Shown: in pieces, positions 38,301 through 50,522 of the stretch | How positions within the stretch are numbered: the stretch's first letter is position 1 | Layout: the number at the start of each line of letters is the position of its first letter | Assembly: GCA_051294905.1 (NCBI GenBank) | Contig: CM119372.1 | Location: 62,001 to 126,000, forward strand | DNA: 64,000 nt | Direction of reading: 5' to 3' | Source: Botryllus schlosseri | Lineage: Eukaryota | Position numbers and translations under genes: made by a program | Notes under the pieces: generated by a model | Seen by the model: only the letters and a program-made list of their open reading frames with translations | Database searches by the model: none | What the model was told of the DNA's origin: nothing

Positions 38301-41300
38301 TACCCTCCGTCCATTTGACGTTTTGTTAGATATGTGCATTGTGCACGTGATTAATAATCAATGGCTAATGTTGTGTGATGTTTGTACAATAGGGCCGATC
38401 AAAAATAACTTTTTTTTTATTCTACATGGTGGCTACTTGATAAAATTGTTACGTTGCATAAAAAGAACACTGAATCTGGCTTGATTTTAAATAGTGGAAT
38501 CAATGATATGAGAGGAGAAAATATTGGATTTGAAAATACATGGAGTATTTTTAGTGAGAAATGATTTCATATAATATAATTACTAGGGCGATTTTTTTTG
38601 ACATGTCAAAAAAAGTCAAAATAAGGTCAAAATTTTAGCGTTAAGTCAAAAAATGTGAAAATTGACAAAATTTTTCGCAACCTGCATTTTATTTGTATCG
38701 TAGATTTTACGCAATCGGTGAACTTATCGTTTGACATTTTACAGTTTGTAGCCTACTTTATAGGCCTACCGTGGCAGACGGCACATTGTCTGCTCATTGT
38801 GAATCATAAACAGTCAAATGAAACAAATAGGTTGACACGGTGTTATGCTCAGCGTGCCGCAATAATCTGAGTGAAGTAAGACTGCGTGGGCATTGCATGG
38901 TTCTTACAAAAATTGAGATATGCATCATTGTCAGAATGAAGCAACACGGTGTGTCACCAGCAGTGTACGCACGCACAACTTCAGTGTTGCCAGTCAATAG
39001 CTGTTTGTATATTCATGGTGTTGTCGACTACAATGGTCATTTACACCAGGCCGATATTCCTTTTTTTCGATTCCGTATCCGCCGAGTATTTGCCGACTTG
39101 TAGCACGGCCCACTCCTATGCTTTTTGTAAGACACCGCTTACGCGGATGAGATGGCGAGGAGGAACCTAGATAAACCTTCAACACTTGGGTAGGAATACT
39201 GGAGTCGACCTCGGTCGGACTAGAACCTAAAACCCATTGGAGTTGTTGCTGTGGATTATCCCACTACGCTATCTCGCCTTCGCCAAATCTTCATCCTTGG
39301 CAAGCTAGTTAGTAAAGACAGACACTTTTTACCCGAGAATCAGGGATATCTAGAACTAGATATCCATGCGGAGAATGCAGGAAAGTATCTTTCGATGTAC
39401 TACAACAAATGTTAATTATTTCCACCATAGTACATCATGTACTGGAATTCATCACAGGGCCAAATTTTGTTAAAATATTATTTCTTCATGTAAAAATTTG
39501 TCAGTTTTTGAGTCAAACAAGTTTTTCAGGGAAAACTACTTCGTAAGGACAGACAATTCAAACCAGAAATGAGGATAAGTAGTAAAATTCTAACATTTTT
39601 TGGGAAAACACCTAATTTGCATACGTTAGGTCAAAATTTGGTCAAAATTTAGTTTTTTAAGGTCAAAAAATGTCAAAATTTAGATTTTTTAGGTCAAAAT
39701 CTTTCGTTTTTTAGGTCAAAAAAAATCGCCCTAATAATTACATACTAGTAGTAAGTCGACTATTTTTTCATATTCAAAATATTCCACTCTAATAACTTCG
39801 CTTCTTCTAGTTGGAATTGAGCCAAATTTGCTATGAATCATACTTTTACACAATCTAACAATATCATGAGGTAGCCGGTAAAATTCGAAAGTCTCTTTGT
39901 AATTAATTCAAAATATTTTCTCATAGCATTGCTTTCTACTGGTTGAAATTGAGCCAAATTTAAGTTCTTTCAGATAATCTAATAATTTAAAGAAGTAGCC
40001 TCCTTTTTAAGATTCTGCCCTGATTTTTGAGAATTTTTGGTAAATGTAGGGAAAATTCGACTAAGATAACAGTAAATCAGCACTAAAGTAACGCTCCGGC
40101 GACTACTTCGGGAGCTGAGCAGGAAAGTTGACATTTTTCTGGTCAACCACCTGATTTAATGTGAAAGCAAAACCGCACCTCTACATAAACGTTTATTTGT
40201 TGATTCTCTACCAGCTTGTATCTAGACGTAAATTCGTAGGTTCTCTATCAGATAGTATGTAGACGTGAATTTGTTAATTCTCTATAAGCTATTTGTGAGC
40301 GGTCGTCGATGTGCTAATAATATAAACTGATTGCTTGCATTTGTGATATATCAGACTGACAGATATTGGATTTAAAGTTCTAAGATTAGTAAAGTTATCG
40401 TATTGGCGGCCCGTCTCGTCTATCTGCAGCATCGGTAAATGAGGCCAGTCCGTTATCTGCCTTAATAAACATGTGCCAAGACTATGATAGGGACAAAATA
40501 AGCATGTTTGGCAAGCAAGGAATTCGATATCACCCAAGCAGGATTGAAAACATAAGTTGAACATGACTTCAATACTGTGACTTGGACTCGACTCGAGTCA
40601 TAACACTATGACTCGGACTTGACCCTTCAAACGGTGACTTGGACTCGGACTCGAGTCGGTGATGAATTGAAAATGACTCGACTCGACTCGAGTCAAAACC
40701 ACAAAAGTCAGATTGACTCGTGACTCGGAACCATGTGACTTGGTTACAACCCTGTCCTCGACCATTGTCGCAGGCTCCAATAGTATCGTATCTATCTGTA
40801 ACTGGGTAGGCTACAATGTATTGCATCATTATCATTCCGATTCTCTATTCTCTATTTTGGCTGCTAACCCTAAACTGAGACTATGCAATTACGTAGTTTA
40901 CCAGTTCTACGCATATGTGACCGATACAGCACCTTCTTGCGCTTATATTTAACTCTATATTCGTTCATCGGTTCGGAATCAATGACCACTCGAACTGTAT
41001 TTCAGACAGCTAGAAAATTGCAATGACGTATTCATGCCTCATACATACTTCGAAAGGGCAACTTGACTTGAAATGTGACTTGACTCGTGACTTGACTTGA
41101 CTTGACTTGACTCGAGTCACCTCCAAAAATCGAGTGACTTGACTTGACTCGAGTCACCTTTGAAAATCGATTGACTTGACTTGACTCGAGTCAAAATGTG
41201 CAATGACTCGAAATGACTCGTGACTCGAAGGTAGTGACTTGATCCCAACACTGCTGCTTAGTGGATCGAATGCGAAGCCTCGAGAAGTTGCAACAAATTG

Positions 41301-44300
41301 ATATCTACACATCCGCGAGAATATAAACGCATAAACTACGTTCGTTCGATTTAAATGATAGGGGAGATGTGGTACCGATGGATCAAAAATCGGAAAATGA
41401 TCGCTGGCCCTGAAATGTTCAGCTGAAAACAGCATATCTTTTGCTGGCTCAGCACTTTGATACAAGCTCTACCTATCGCGCACATATACATGAATATCCG
41501 TCGTTTCAAGAAATATTTATGGGCGTTCAAAATTTGTTGCTCGAACGTGTCATCGGTCCCCACCCGGTGGGTCCAATGACTCACGACCCGGGGACCTATG
41601 ACACATATACCCTAAAAAACTCAAATGTGACTACTTTTCTTGCTCAGTATTATAATCTAAGCTACAGCAAGCCAAAGAAGAATGTTTGGTCGCAACTGTC
41701 AAAAAATAGAATAAATATTAACTCAAATGTTGTCATAAAATCACGTTTCGATTTAGGCTCGGACTTATAAATTTGAGGGTACATACATATTGTCTGAAAA
41801 TCGACAGTGTGACTTCCAAATACCTCGTTATAGCGATAAAACATCATATGCAATTATTACATAAACATTTTCTGTACGTATACATTTTTCATTTGTTTCA
41901 TGATTAGTATGCTTGATTATTTTGCTTGATTTGGCTATTGTATCATCGGTTCCCACCCTACGAATTTTATACATGAATCGAAAAAAAGTCCACTCAAGGA
42001 AAGTACTGAAAAAAATAATAGGTGCCATTATATAGCCTGATACAAGTCCTACACTTCACAATAAAAATTATTGCTGGTTTGTTCGTGTTGAAGGTTACAA
42101 AGAAAAATGTATATGTCGATCTAAATTTAGTTTAGACCCCCTAAAACAAAAATCATCTGTGAGAGACCACATTGCTCGCGCACGTCGATTTTTTTTGTAT
42201 GTGAGGAAAGATTTTCCCAGCATACCATTGTAGACAAGTTCACGGAGTGTAATCATGGAATTATCATAGAGAATTTTCAAAGTATTTTCGGTCCCAGTGA
42301 TCCATCGGTACCACATCTCCCCTACATGAGGGTTGGTTAAGGTGATCACTGCGTAATATAAGCACTGAGTGGTCGCAGGAACAAGATACGTTGCTTATTA
42401 GATTAATCTACTACTGCTACGACAACGTATGCTGTGATCGTTTCGTTTGCGGCCAATTTATTTGTGATGTAGCAATGGAGTATCAGTGAAAGGTACAATC
42501 AGTGGATGACTGGTTTCCCTCACAAGTGACATCGACGTATTGCGAACAATCCGAGCATACATAAGAAAGGGTGATTTAATCGACACCGTTTACTTGATGA
42601 CTTGAAATTGACTCGTAAATTTTGCTCCGAGTCACGAGTCAATTGACATTTATGAAGCGCCGAGTCAAGTCAAGTCAAGTCATTTTACATGGTGACTCGA
42701 GTCAAGTCATGACTCGAGTCATCCCAACACTGCATACCTGTTCTTTACATCGTGTAGGTCGGGGATCATCAAACCGGGGTACGCGAGCAAATTCACATAG
42801 TACACATTCACTGTGACAATTTCAAGGTTTATGTGTCAAGCGAGAAAAAAGCTTAGGCTTGCCAACTGCAGCGTTTAGGGCTTGAGCAGCGATGCCGCGT
42901 GACTAATAATTGGGCTGCTTGTTGTGCCGGGCCGTAACTGCCACACCCAAAACCTCCCAATTGGAGGAAGCCCGAGCTCGAAGAGGGCTCATAACTAAGT
43001 CGTTTATGAACTCGAATTATAGAGTATTTTAGAAAAATTTATGCCGATTTAGCGCTGCCAAGTGTATTGATTTTTGGGAACACTACCCCAAAAGGAAAAC
43101 TATGCATGATTTATATAAATGGGCATTCCGGCATCGGCCATTATTGCGTCACGGTGTGTCAGGGCATGGAGCTTAGGCAAACATGGGACTCTGAGAAGTG
43201 TGCCAAAAAGATCGGCAGCGGGTAAACATTGGCCAAAAAGGACTGACCTAATGTTGACCGAAAACTTCGATATATATATACATATAAATTTATAATTGTC
43301 CATAGGGGCCTGAATAGCTGGCGCCGAATTTTTAAGTCCCGGCAATCTGCACAGCACAGGACAAATACCATCATCCAGAGAAAAGTTCCTTATCAGTAAA
43401 AAAATACCAATTTGAAATCGTGTGGGTCTTTTAGTTTAGTACGTTTGGGCGATTTCAATATTTTATCAGCTATACAGCAGACAGAAAGTAAAAAATAGCA
43501 ACATGTCAAACAATCAATCAATCGACAGATTATATTTTCATTTGCCCAAGACACATACACAATGTACAATGCGATATACAAGACACACAAAACAATGTCA
43601 TGAACAGATAAGGGGATGCCGAGCGACCAACCAGTTGGGGTCTCTTGAACTGGCAGTAAGTAATTATACCAACAGGCCCGCTCGAATATGTCTAATTATT
43701 AATTACGTGCCATACATTTTCTAAGACAACATCTCACTCATTTCTAACGGCAAATTTGATTACGTGGGGTCAGAGAGGATGAAATATTTCTTGAAAAATA
43801 TATATGCAATGACCAATATTATTGGCTGATTCAATCATGAATTATAGAAAATTTTCGTGCGATGAGGACGTCTGAACTCACTGTTGATTACCAATATGAA
43901 ATCTCGAACACAAGTAGTAGTGAAAACAATCATTCCAATGAAGGATTGGGGGGGCTGCGTCCCCCAGACGTTTGGTCCATCACCCTATGGAGGCGGCCAA
44001 GACCAACGTTTTTTGGGGGAGGGAGGGGGCTGACGAAGTGCTGTTTCGACCCTGATGCTGTATAACGTGAATCGCTTCGAAGAGATTGATAGTTTAGTAA
44101 TTTTATGTTGCTCCTCAGCCGTGGTGATGAGTTTTTCCGTAGCCCATTGTCGATTTCGGATTAGTTCTGTCAGCAGTCATTTTTTGAATATGATGATTAC
44201 TTTATTAGCGCTATTCAATGTTCGGTGTTTTGCTTCTGTACAAATAGCCCTGGTCGTGAATAAATACCAGATTATTTCGCTGTAAAGCAGCTGGCATTAT

Positions 44301-45252
44301 TTTCCATTGACCAAATAAGGTACAAATTAAACCTGAGAAGTCATTCATTAAGCTATGACATTATAATAGCACGTAGTACTCAAATCCAGAGTTGGAAATT
44401 AATTGTAATTGTAATTGTAATTGGGCTGAATGTAATTAATTCATTTTTTCATGTAATTGTAATTGTAATTGAGCTGAAATAATGTAATTAATCCAACTCT
44501 GGTGAGAACTCGCTAAGTCGGCAGACTCGGACGACTAGAATATTATAGCTGTCTAATGAGACTAATTAGACCGAAATGTCGGTAATCTCATTCTAATCTA
44601 ATTTGTTAAATGTTTATGCTCTCATTTTAATTCTAATCTATACTTTGATTTTCGCGAAAATGCTAAAGGATAACTGTATGGCGCGAAACGATCCAAGCTT
44701 GCTGCACATACATTTGCCATTCTCATGCTGATGAGAATTAACTCTGAGTTGATATGAATTGAACTTGATTAATGTTGTATATATTTACCAAGGAATACGA
44801 CCGCGGCCATTGATTGCACTTTTATCGACAGAATGTACACGTCAAGGATACAGAATAAAATATCCTCGATGACCAATATGTCGCCATTACTAATCCCAGT
44901 AACACTTTGATTACACGGAGATATCAAATAGGCTAATATGCGTTGCTTGATTTTATTGACTGTGTGTCATATTACTGTTATTATTAGGGTTTTAATGACT
45001 CAAGTCGGACTCGAATACCAAATTTTATTTGACTCGACTTGACTCGAGTCATTGCGCATGAGTCGACCATGTCATTTGCATTGAGTACACTTTTTTCAGC
45101 TCTCAGAGTTCATATCTGCCGAACTACTTCCTCAAGTCACGAAAAACATCGGATCTCTCAAAAACGTGATCGAGACAGCGCTTGGTGGCGCTCATTCCAC
45201 GTCCGATCGACACTTGAAAGAATTTTTATTTGATAAATACCTTGATATCTAA
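26264..45252 (+). CDS. Divergent ferritin paralogue lacking most ferroxidase residues (light-chain-like); 4 confident exons, N-terminus uncertain
   Basis: Exons 26264-26347, 26809-26928, 27190-27393, 45100-45252; all GT-AG, phase 0. Aligns to the neighbouring ferritin (ITLHY/LTGHY; PKVAGYFR/PKVAKYFR; FRKAYEFE/FRCAMELE; EFLFDKYL/SWLFDQHL) and shares two intron positions with it. AATAAA at 45252-45257. Confidence 0.82.
26809..26928 (+). CDS. Ferritin L-like helix B exon
   Basis: ttttcag|SHRHQRSSCFHPKVAGYFRNLAKEKVSTLDAVIKFIHEKQ|gtag. Confidence 0.82.
27190..27393 (+). CDS. Ferritin L-like BC loop and helix C exon
   Basis: ttctag|ATEDATTDCPTNY...MISSFRKAYEFETNLARTLTQVFHHSENNKEIE|gtgaga. Confidence 0.82.
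28782..29893. mobile_element. hAT MITE nested in the MITE at 28619-30307
   Basis: Exact TSD CTGTATGT; the empty site is visible in the paralogous copy at ~15205-15225. Confidence 0.92.
30848..32442 (+). mobile_element. Deleted hAT (Charlie/GTF2IRD2-like) element with decayed transposase, copy 1
   Basis: TIR caagggtcggcaacc / ggttgccgacccctg; exact TSD ACCTAAGC; remnants such as VKTVNMI, QYGD and LRNEIATF. Confidence 0.9.
32760..35487 (+). mobile_element. Truncated R4/Dong-like (restriction-like endonuclease) non-LTR retrotransposon
   Basis: AINSLAVPVLRYSFG..RLYIPRKKGGRGL; CRMC..ETVAHLMSGC zinc knuckle; RHN; NRPD..IE..K nuclease motif; (TAA)n tail; TSD ATTTGCTCCT (32750-32759, 35488-35497); stops and frameshifts present. 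Confidence 0.88.
33728..34683. mobile_element. TA-target MITE (Tc1/mariner/pogo-type) inside the LINE
   Basis: TIR ggg.agatgtggtaccgatggatca; TA TSD; removing it restores the LINE frame (ATEY-TWRHN). Confidence 0.9.
37537..40754 (+). mobile_element. hAT element (cagggttgtaa TIR) with a transposase dimerisation-domain remnant at ~38025-38270
   Basis: Exact TSD TCCTCGAC; FW..RKDEY..L....SIQASNATVERVSSRCG motif. Confidence 0.88.
38584..39733. mobile_element. hAT MITE with ggtcaaaa subrepeats
   Basis: TIR tagggcgattttttt; exact TSD ATAATTAC. Confidence 0.88.
41361..42322. mobile_element. TA-target MITE, inverted second copy of 33728-34683
   Basis: Same TIR, TA on both flanks. Confidence 0.9.
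42927..44054 (-). mobile_element. Free copy of the cagggccgtaac-family element; another copy starts at 62141
   Basis: Homologous to the nested segments 5021-5979 and 9883-10860; termini degenerate. Confidence 0.7.
45100..45252 (+). CDS. Ferritin L-like last exon (helices D/E and stop)
   Basis: ttttttcag|LSEFISAELLPQVTKNIGSLKNVIETALGGAHSTSDRHLKEFLFDKYLDI*; AATAAA overlaps the stop. Confidence 0.85.
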   Translation, partial: LSEFISAELLPQVTKNIGSLKNVIETALGGAHSTSDRHLKEFLFDKYLDI

Positions 45253-45597
45253 ATAAATGAACTGATTTTTTTCTGTGAAAATGTAAGGACCAATAGAATG
45301 CTAGGCTTCTATTTTCTGTGTCCGCGCTCTTTCAATAAGGGCGCGTCAATATCATCTCGCAGACAAATCCATCTCACAATGTCACGATATTGAAGCCAGA
45401 GGTAGTTAGCAGAGCAGGATTTTTACTTGTAGCCTACTATTCAATCAGGTGGCTTTCTTTTGATGTTACTGACTCGTGTTATATTTCTCCCTTTTAAGTC
45501 TGACTGCTTCGCCGAGTAGGTATTCTTTAATTAAATATTTGCATCACTGATATGCGCGAGGTGTGCTCGGTTGGTGATGGGTGCTCACTCCTTTGGG

Positions 45598-46164
45598 CAG
45601 GGTTGTAACTAAGTCACAAGGCTCCGAGTCGCAAGTCAATCTCACTTTTATAGTTTTGACTCGAGTCAAGTCGAGTCATTTTCAATTCACCATGGAGTCA
45701 AGTCCGTGAGCAGAGGATCGAGTCGGAGTCGTGGTATTATGATTCGAGTCGGAGTCCAAGTCATTGTTTTGACTGCTCAATTTCCTCTTAAGGCATGATA
45801 AACCCACTTTTTATGACTCTGTTTGGTGATATCGAATGGTTCGATTTACATTATACTAATTTTCCTCACTTTTAGCAGTTTCTATGGTCGCATTTTCAAG
45901 TACCAGTACCAATAGGCGAAATCCCAATATTGGGAACTATTTAGTTAGTTAGGTCTAATTTACTATTCTTGGCCGTCTGAGTCTCGAGTCATATGACTTG
46001 GTTCGAGTCATGCGCAATGACTCGAGTCCAAGTCAAGTCAATAAACATTGACTCAAGTCAAGTCGAGTCATTTCTGTATTTTTAGAAAATGACTCTCGAG
46101 TCATGTCGAGTCATCAGAAAACCGTGACTCGAGTCGAGTCATGACTCGAGTCATTACAACCCTG
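45598..46164. mobile_element. hAT MITE, cagggttgtaa family
   Basis: Exact TSD CCTTTGGG. Confidence 0.9.
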
Positions 46165-46507
46165 CCTTTGGGGTCGGATTTACAAATCTAAAACTCAGAA
46201 GGTTTCTTGGTCTATTGACGACTTATTGTCTCTTATCACATTAGTAGGCTACTTAGTGTACGTAAGAAGGTACTGTATATCGACAATTGAAGGCAGGTAT
46301 CTAAAATACACAACAGCTACATCATGCAGTAAGAGAAGATGGAATATTGGCTGTGTATACCTAGGGTAGCATTTAAAACGAATGTTTGCTTAAAACACTT
46401 TTTTAGTTGTAAAATCAAGCCATAATTGTGTAAGTACTTTACAAAAACATGTTGTATGAGCCTACGGACAATTACCACCCGATATAGCCGACGCGTATAC
46501 CATATGG

Positions 46508-48092
46508 CAAGGGTCGGCAACCTACGACCCGAGGGCCGGATCCGGCCCGCCAAGCGAAATCGTTCGGCCCGCGACATAGTAATTAGTTATCACAAGAATA
46601 CGGCCCGCCGCTTCATGATGAGTTTCAATCTGCAGTGCAGCGCTGCATGAAAAAAATGCGGCATTGCTGCGATATAATAGTAGCCTACATCGTATTAGTC
46701 TATTGTTACGCCATGAAACGAAGGTGGTTGAAGTAGGAGATGAAGATAGACTAGACTGGATCAGTGCTTATCAATCGGGTGTATCTCGCAACCGAAGGTG
46801 TTCCATGCTTTTTTTTAAAGGGTTAATCACTCTGACGGGGTGTGACAATAAAGGTGTTCTTCCTTTGCTTCGAAAACGCTTGGAGCATCTCAGACGCAAT
46901 TACGGAATCTCAAACTATTCAATTATAGATAACTAGCCTCCGTATGTTAGTTAGCCTGTCTACAGTTTGATTTTCCAGAAGGCATTGTGTGTCAAGAAAA
47001 AAAACCTGAATAGTGTTTTGGCCACAATGGTGAAAACTGTTAATATGATTTTTGTCTCATCAACTGAATCAGTTACGCCAGATATTACTAGAATCAGAGA
47101 ATCAATATGGCGATGTCATGTAGGCCTATATCTGTCATGTTCGCTCATTGAGTCGAGCAGCTATGCTTACACGAGTGTATGAACTGAGAAATGAAATAGC
47201 AACTTTCCTCGAAAATACAAATATCGATGACTCATAATCTTGTAATCGAAAATGGGTATCTCATCTTGCTTTCCTGGTACATTTAACATCACATCTGAAC
47301 AAATTGAACTTGCAACTTCAGGGGGAAAACAACTACATACATGAGATGTTGAGGCGCATTCAAAACAAATCTGTGACTCTGAAAATGTCAACAGTACAAA
47401 GAAAATTATGCTCACTTTCCTATACTGGAGGAGAGAAAACCTAGTACCAGCGCTACATTTGTAACTGTGATACGAAATTTAACTACTGAATATTCACCCG
47501 CTTTTCCGACATTCCTTCTCTACAAAATGAATTCTGACTATTCAGTACTCTGTTTAATGTGGACGCCAATGCCATTGCCTGAAAATTTCAAATGGGCCTA
47601 TCTGAAATGCGATGCAGTTGAATTGAATGACAAATTTCATACAAAGAGCATATCGCTGCATGACTTTGACAAAGAGTACGTTCTTGAGATTGGTCTTTAT
47701 CCCAGCTTGACCGGCAATGCAAAAGAAATTGAATCGATTTTTGGAAGCACGTACGCATGTGAACAATAGTTTTAAACAATGAAATTCACGAAGAGCAAGC
47801 TAAGATCACGTATTTCGGACGTCCATTTTGAATAGGGTCTGATTCTTGTTTCATCTGACTTGTTACCAGAAGTTGAAAACCTTTCACAAAGCGAGCTGCG
47901 TGAATTGATACAATTATTCTGTGTCGTTGAAGTGTAAATACACGTGTCTTCGGATTGGTATGATTGAGATTGCAGCAATGTAGGATAATATACCGAAGTG
48001 AGCGTAAAATATAGTACTAAGAAAAAATCCGGCCCGCCAAAAGGTTGTACACCCGAAATTTGTCCCGCGACTAGCAAGGTTGCCGACCCCTG
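46508..48092 (+). mobile_element. Deleted hAT (Charlie-like) element, copy 2, inside the MITE at 46362-48298
   Basis: Highly similar to 30848-32442; exact TSD CCATATGG. Confidence 0.9.
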
Positions 48093-48722
48093 CCATATGG
48101 GATGGTTTGAATCCTCCAAATAGTCGATTCAACACCTGTAGTATGTAGATATTTATTCAAAGAAGCTATATTCACCCTACATTTTCAATTGTCAATGTCA
48201 AACCACTATGACGTCACAAATGAATATCCGTGACGTCATGGCTTTTAAAAAAACTATAAAAACATGTTTTAAACATGTTTGTTTTAAATGCAACCCTAGC
48301 CTACTACATGTTGGCCGTAGCGACTTCACGATTCGTGCTGCAGTACAGCGTCAGATCGCATCCTAGTGTGTATTGTTAGCCGATAAAGCACATTAATTTC
48401 GCTGTGTTTCGATTGTCTGATTGCCAGATCACAATCGGTGCGGAAAATTTCTGCCGCACATTGCATTGCTGCAAGAGGCGCTGTTATTGTGCATCATAAA
48501 AGCCTAAGTTCTCAACCCTTGGCAAAATGATGTAAAATTGTATTTTGATTTATATTCTAATGCAGGTGTTTCCAACAGGTGGGGAATTCCCCAATTGTGT
48601 GGAAAGTTAGGGCCTTCTGATTGGGAATAGATCGACTCACTTGTATAAAAAAAATACATTATTAACCTCGTTTATTAAACGTCTGTATGAAATGCCGATG
48701 TATCTCTGATATTATTTCTTAG

Positions 48723-50303
48723 TAGGGATGGTGTGTACGTGAGGTTCACGTTCGCGTTCTGTATGTGAACCTCGAAAATTTAAAGGTTCGTGTTCACAGC
48801 AGAACCTTGGCAGATTCTGCACTGTGAACATAGTGTCCTATATGGTGTCGACACAGGCAAATCTCACGCGTCAGTGAAATTGTATCACGTCACAATTTCC
48901 ATTTGGCTACAGGCAATTTGACGGTCATTTTTGACGGGCTAGCATTAAATTTGGTAAAACAGGTATCAAGCGAAAGCCGACTCTGCACTGATTACGAAAA
49001 TATAAATTTTATTCCGCTCGTGGCCCTGGAACTCCCACAATCAGCCTCGAATTTTTCATTGTTATGGAGATTTGCATTGGGACGCAACAATGCTGAACAA
49101 TGCTGTCTGGCTGTTTTTCTCTTGAACTACTCTCTCGTTTCGCCAGACAGCATTGTTGCGTTCCAATGCAAATCTCCATAACAATGACAAATTCGAGGCT
49201 GATTGTGGGAGTTCCAGGGCCGCGAGCGGAATAAAATTTATATTTTGGTAATCAGTGCAGAGTCGGCTTTCGATTGTTACCTGTTTCACCAAATTAATGC
49301 TCGGCAAGCCGGTCAAAAATGACCGTCAAATTGCCTCTGTAGCCAAATGGAAATTGTGACGTGATACAATTTCACTGAGGCGTGAGATTTGCCTGTGTCG
49401 ACACCATATAGGACACTATGCTTTTCATATATTACAATTTTCCACGTCATTATAACATCTTTGGTTCAAAGTTATTGCATCTCAACTGCGGGCCACTCTA
49501 TGCATGGCGCTGGCAGCACTAAAAATCAACACTAAATGAGCACGCACCTTTACAATCTTAAAAGTTTTCCTTGCTTTGTTACAAACGTTTGCTCGAAATA
49601 TCCAGCTTTCCGTTTGTGAATATTTAGTGACTCTCTGCTGTGAGCTTGACCCGCAATCACACAACATCACGAGCAAAATACGTAGTCAGCGAATGATGCT
49701 TATTCAACCAATTAATGAGATTGATGTCGTTTCTGATGTAGAAAATCTAGCTGGCGTACGGCGTCAGTCTTGACTTCATATCTTTACTGCGTCGATAAAA
49801 CCAAATCCGTGCGATTGAGGTGTTGGCTATTGCTGTATAACTTGTTAATGGGGTAATATCGGTAGCAAGTATAGAAACCCGTTTTACACTCTGCTCAATA
49901 TCAATGTAGCAATACTCAGACGCCGAATACATTGTCCGGTCTGGCCTGGACCGTTTAGGCGTAAGCTTATATTCCCTGGTAAGTCCTCGTCGAAATTGTT
50001 GGCAAAGCGACGGAAGATATTGATTTTATGGGATTATTATATCCTTTGATTGCCTCAGTTGATACATTTAGCGACGTTTAAAACGCCAATATGTACTCCA
50101 GCATTGTGGCATCATGTGGCCCGAGTCATAGCTAGGTATCGTGTACATTAATATAGGCTATCAATTCATTGAAAGATAGGGTTGGAATTAGCAATATGAC
50201 GTCACGTGACGTCATGGGGTTCACGTTCGCATTCACACAGAACCTTTCAAAAAGGTTCGCGTTCACACGAACCTGAACCTTTCAGAGGTTCACACCATCC
50301 CTA
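48723..50303. mobile_element. hAT MITE (tagggatggtgtg TIR) containing a 592-bp palindrome
   Basis: Exact TSD TTTCTTAG. Confidence 0.88.
48829..49420. repeat. Near-perfect long palindrome (~280-bp arms, ~30-nt loop), CATAG...CTATG ends
   Basis: catagtgtcctatatggtgtcgacacaggc mirrors gcctgtgtcgacaccatataggacactatg. Confidence 0.92.
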
Positions 50304-50522
50304 TTTCTTAGCTCATTTGCAATTCAGCAATTTGTATTATCAGTACCTCCAATTAGCGAGAGCCGATTGGGCAGCGGCACGCGATCTTCCTTACATAGGT
50401 TGTTATTAATTCGTATCCGAAATGGTGTGATTTAAATCACCGGATTCGTTCTAATAAAAGTCCATAAGTATATGAATATGTATTCACGAAAGATCGTGGA
50501 ATCGCGAATTGATAGCATAGCC

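Larger units (their letters stand above)
37051..41253. mobile_element. Second cagtgttgggat-family element nested within the first
   Basis: Exact TSD CTGCTTAG (37043-37050, 41254-41261). Confidence 0.9.
27816..42732. mobile_element. hAT-type element with (GACTC/GACTT)n subterminal repeats, 14.9 kb after secondary insertions
   Basis: TIR cagtgttgggat / atcccaacactg; CATACCT on both flanks; the flanks rejoin into a contiguous LINE-tail repeat. Confidence 0.8.
27402..44501. mobile_element. Outermost hAT-type element ((GTAATT)n family) of a 17.1-kb nested stack
   Basis: TIR cagagttgga / tccaactctg; TSD GTGAGAGC (27394-27401) vs GTGAGAAC (44502-44509); the two ends match opposite ends of the intact family member at 55408-56826. 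Confidence 0.7.
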
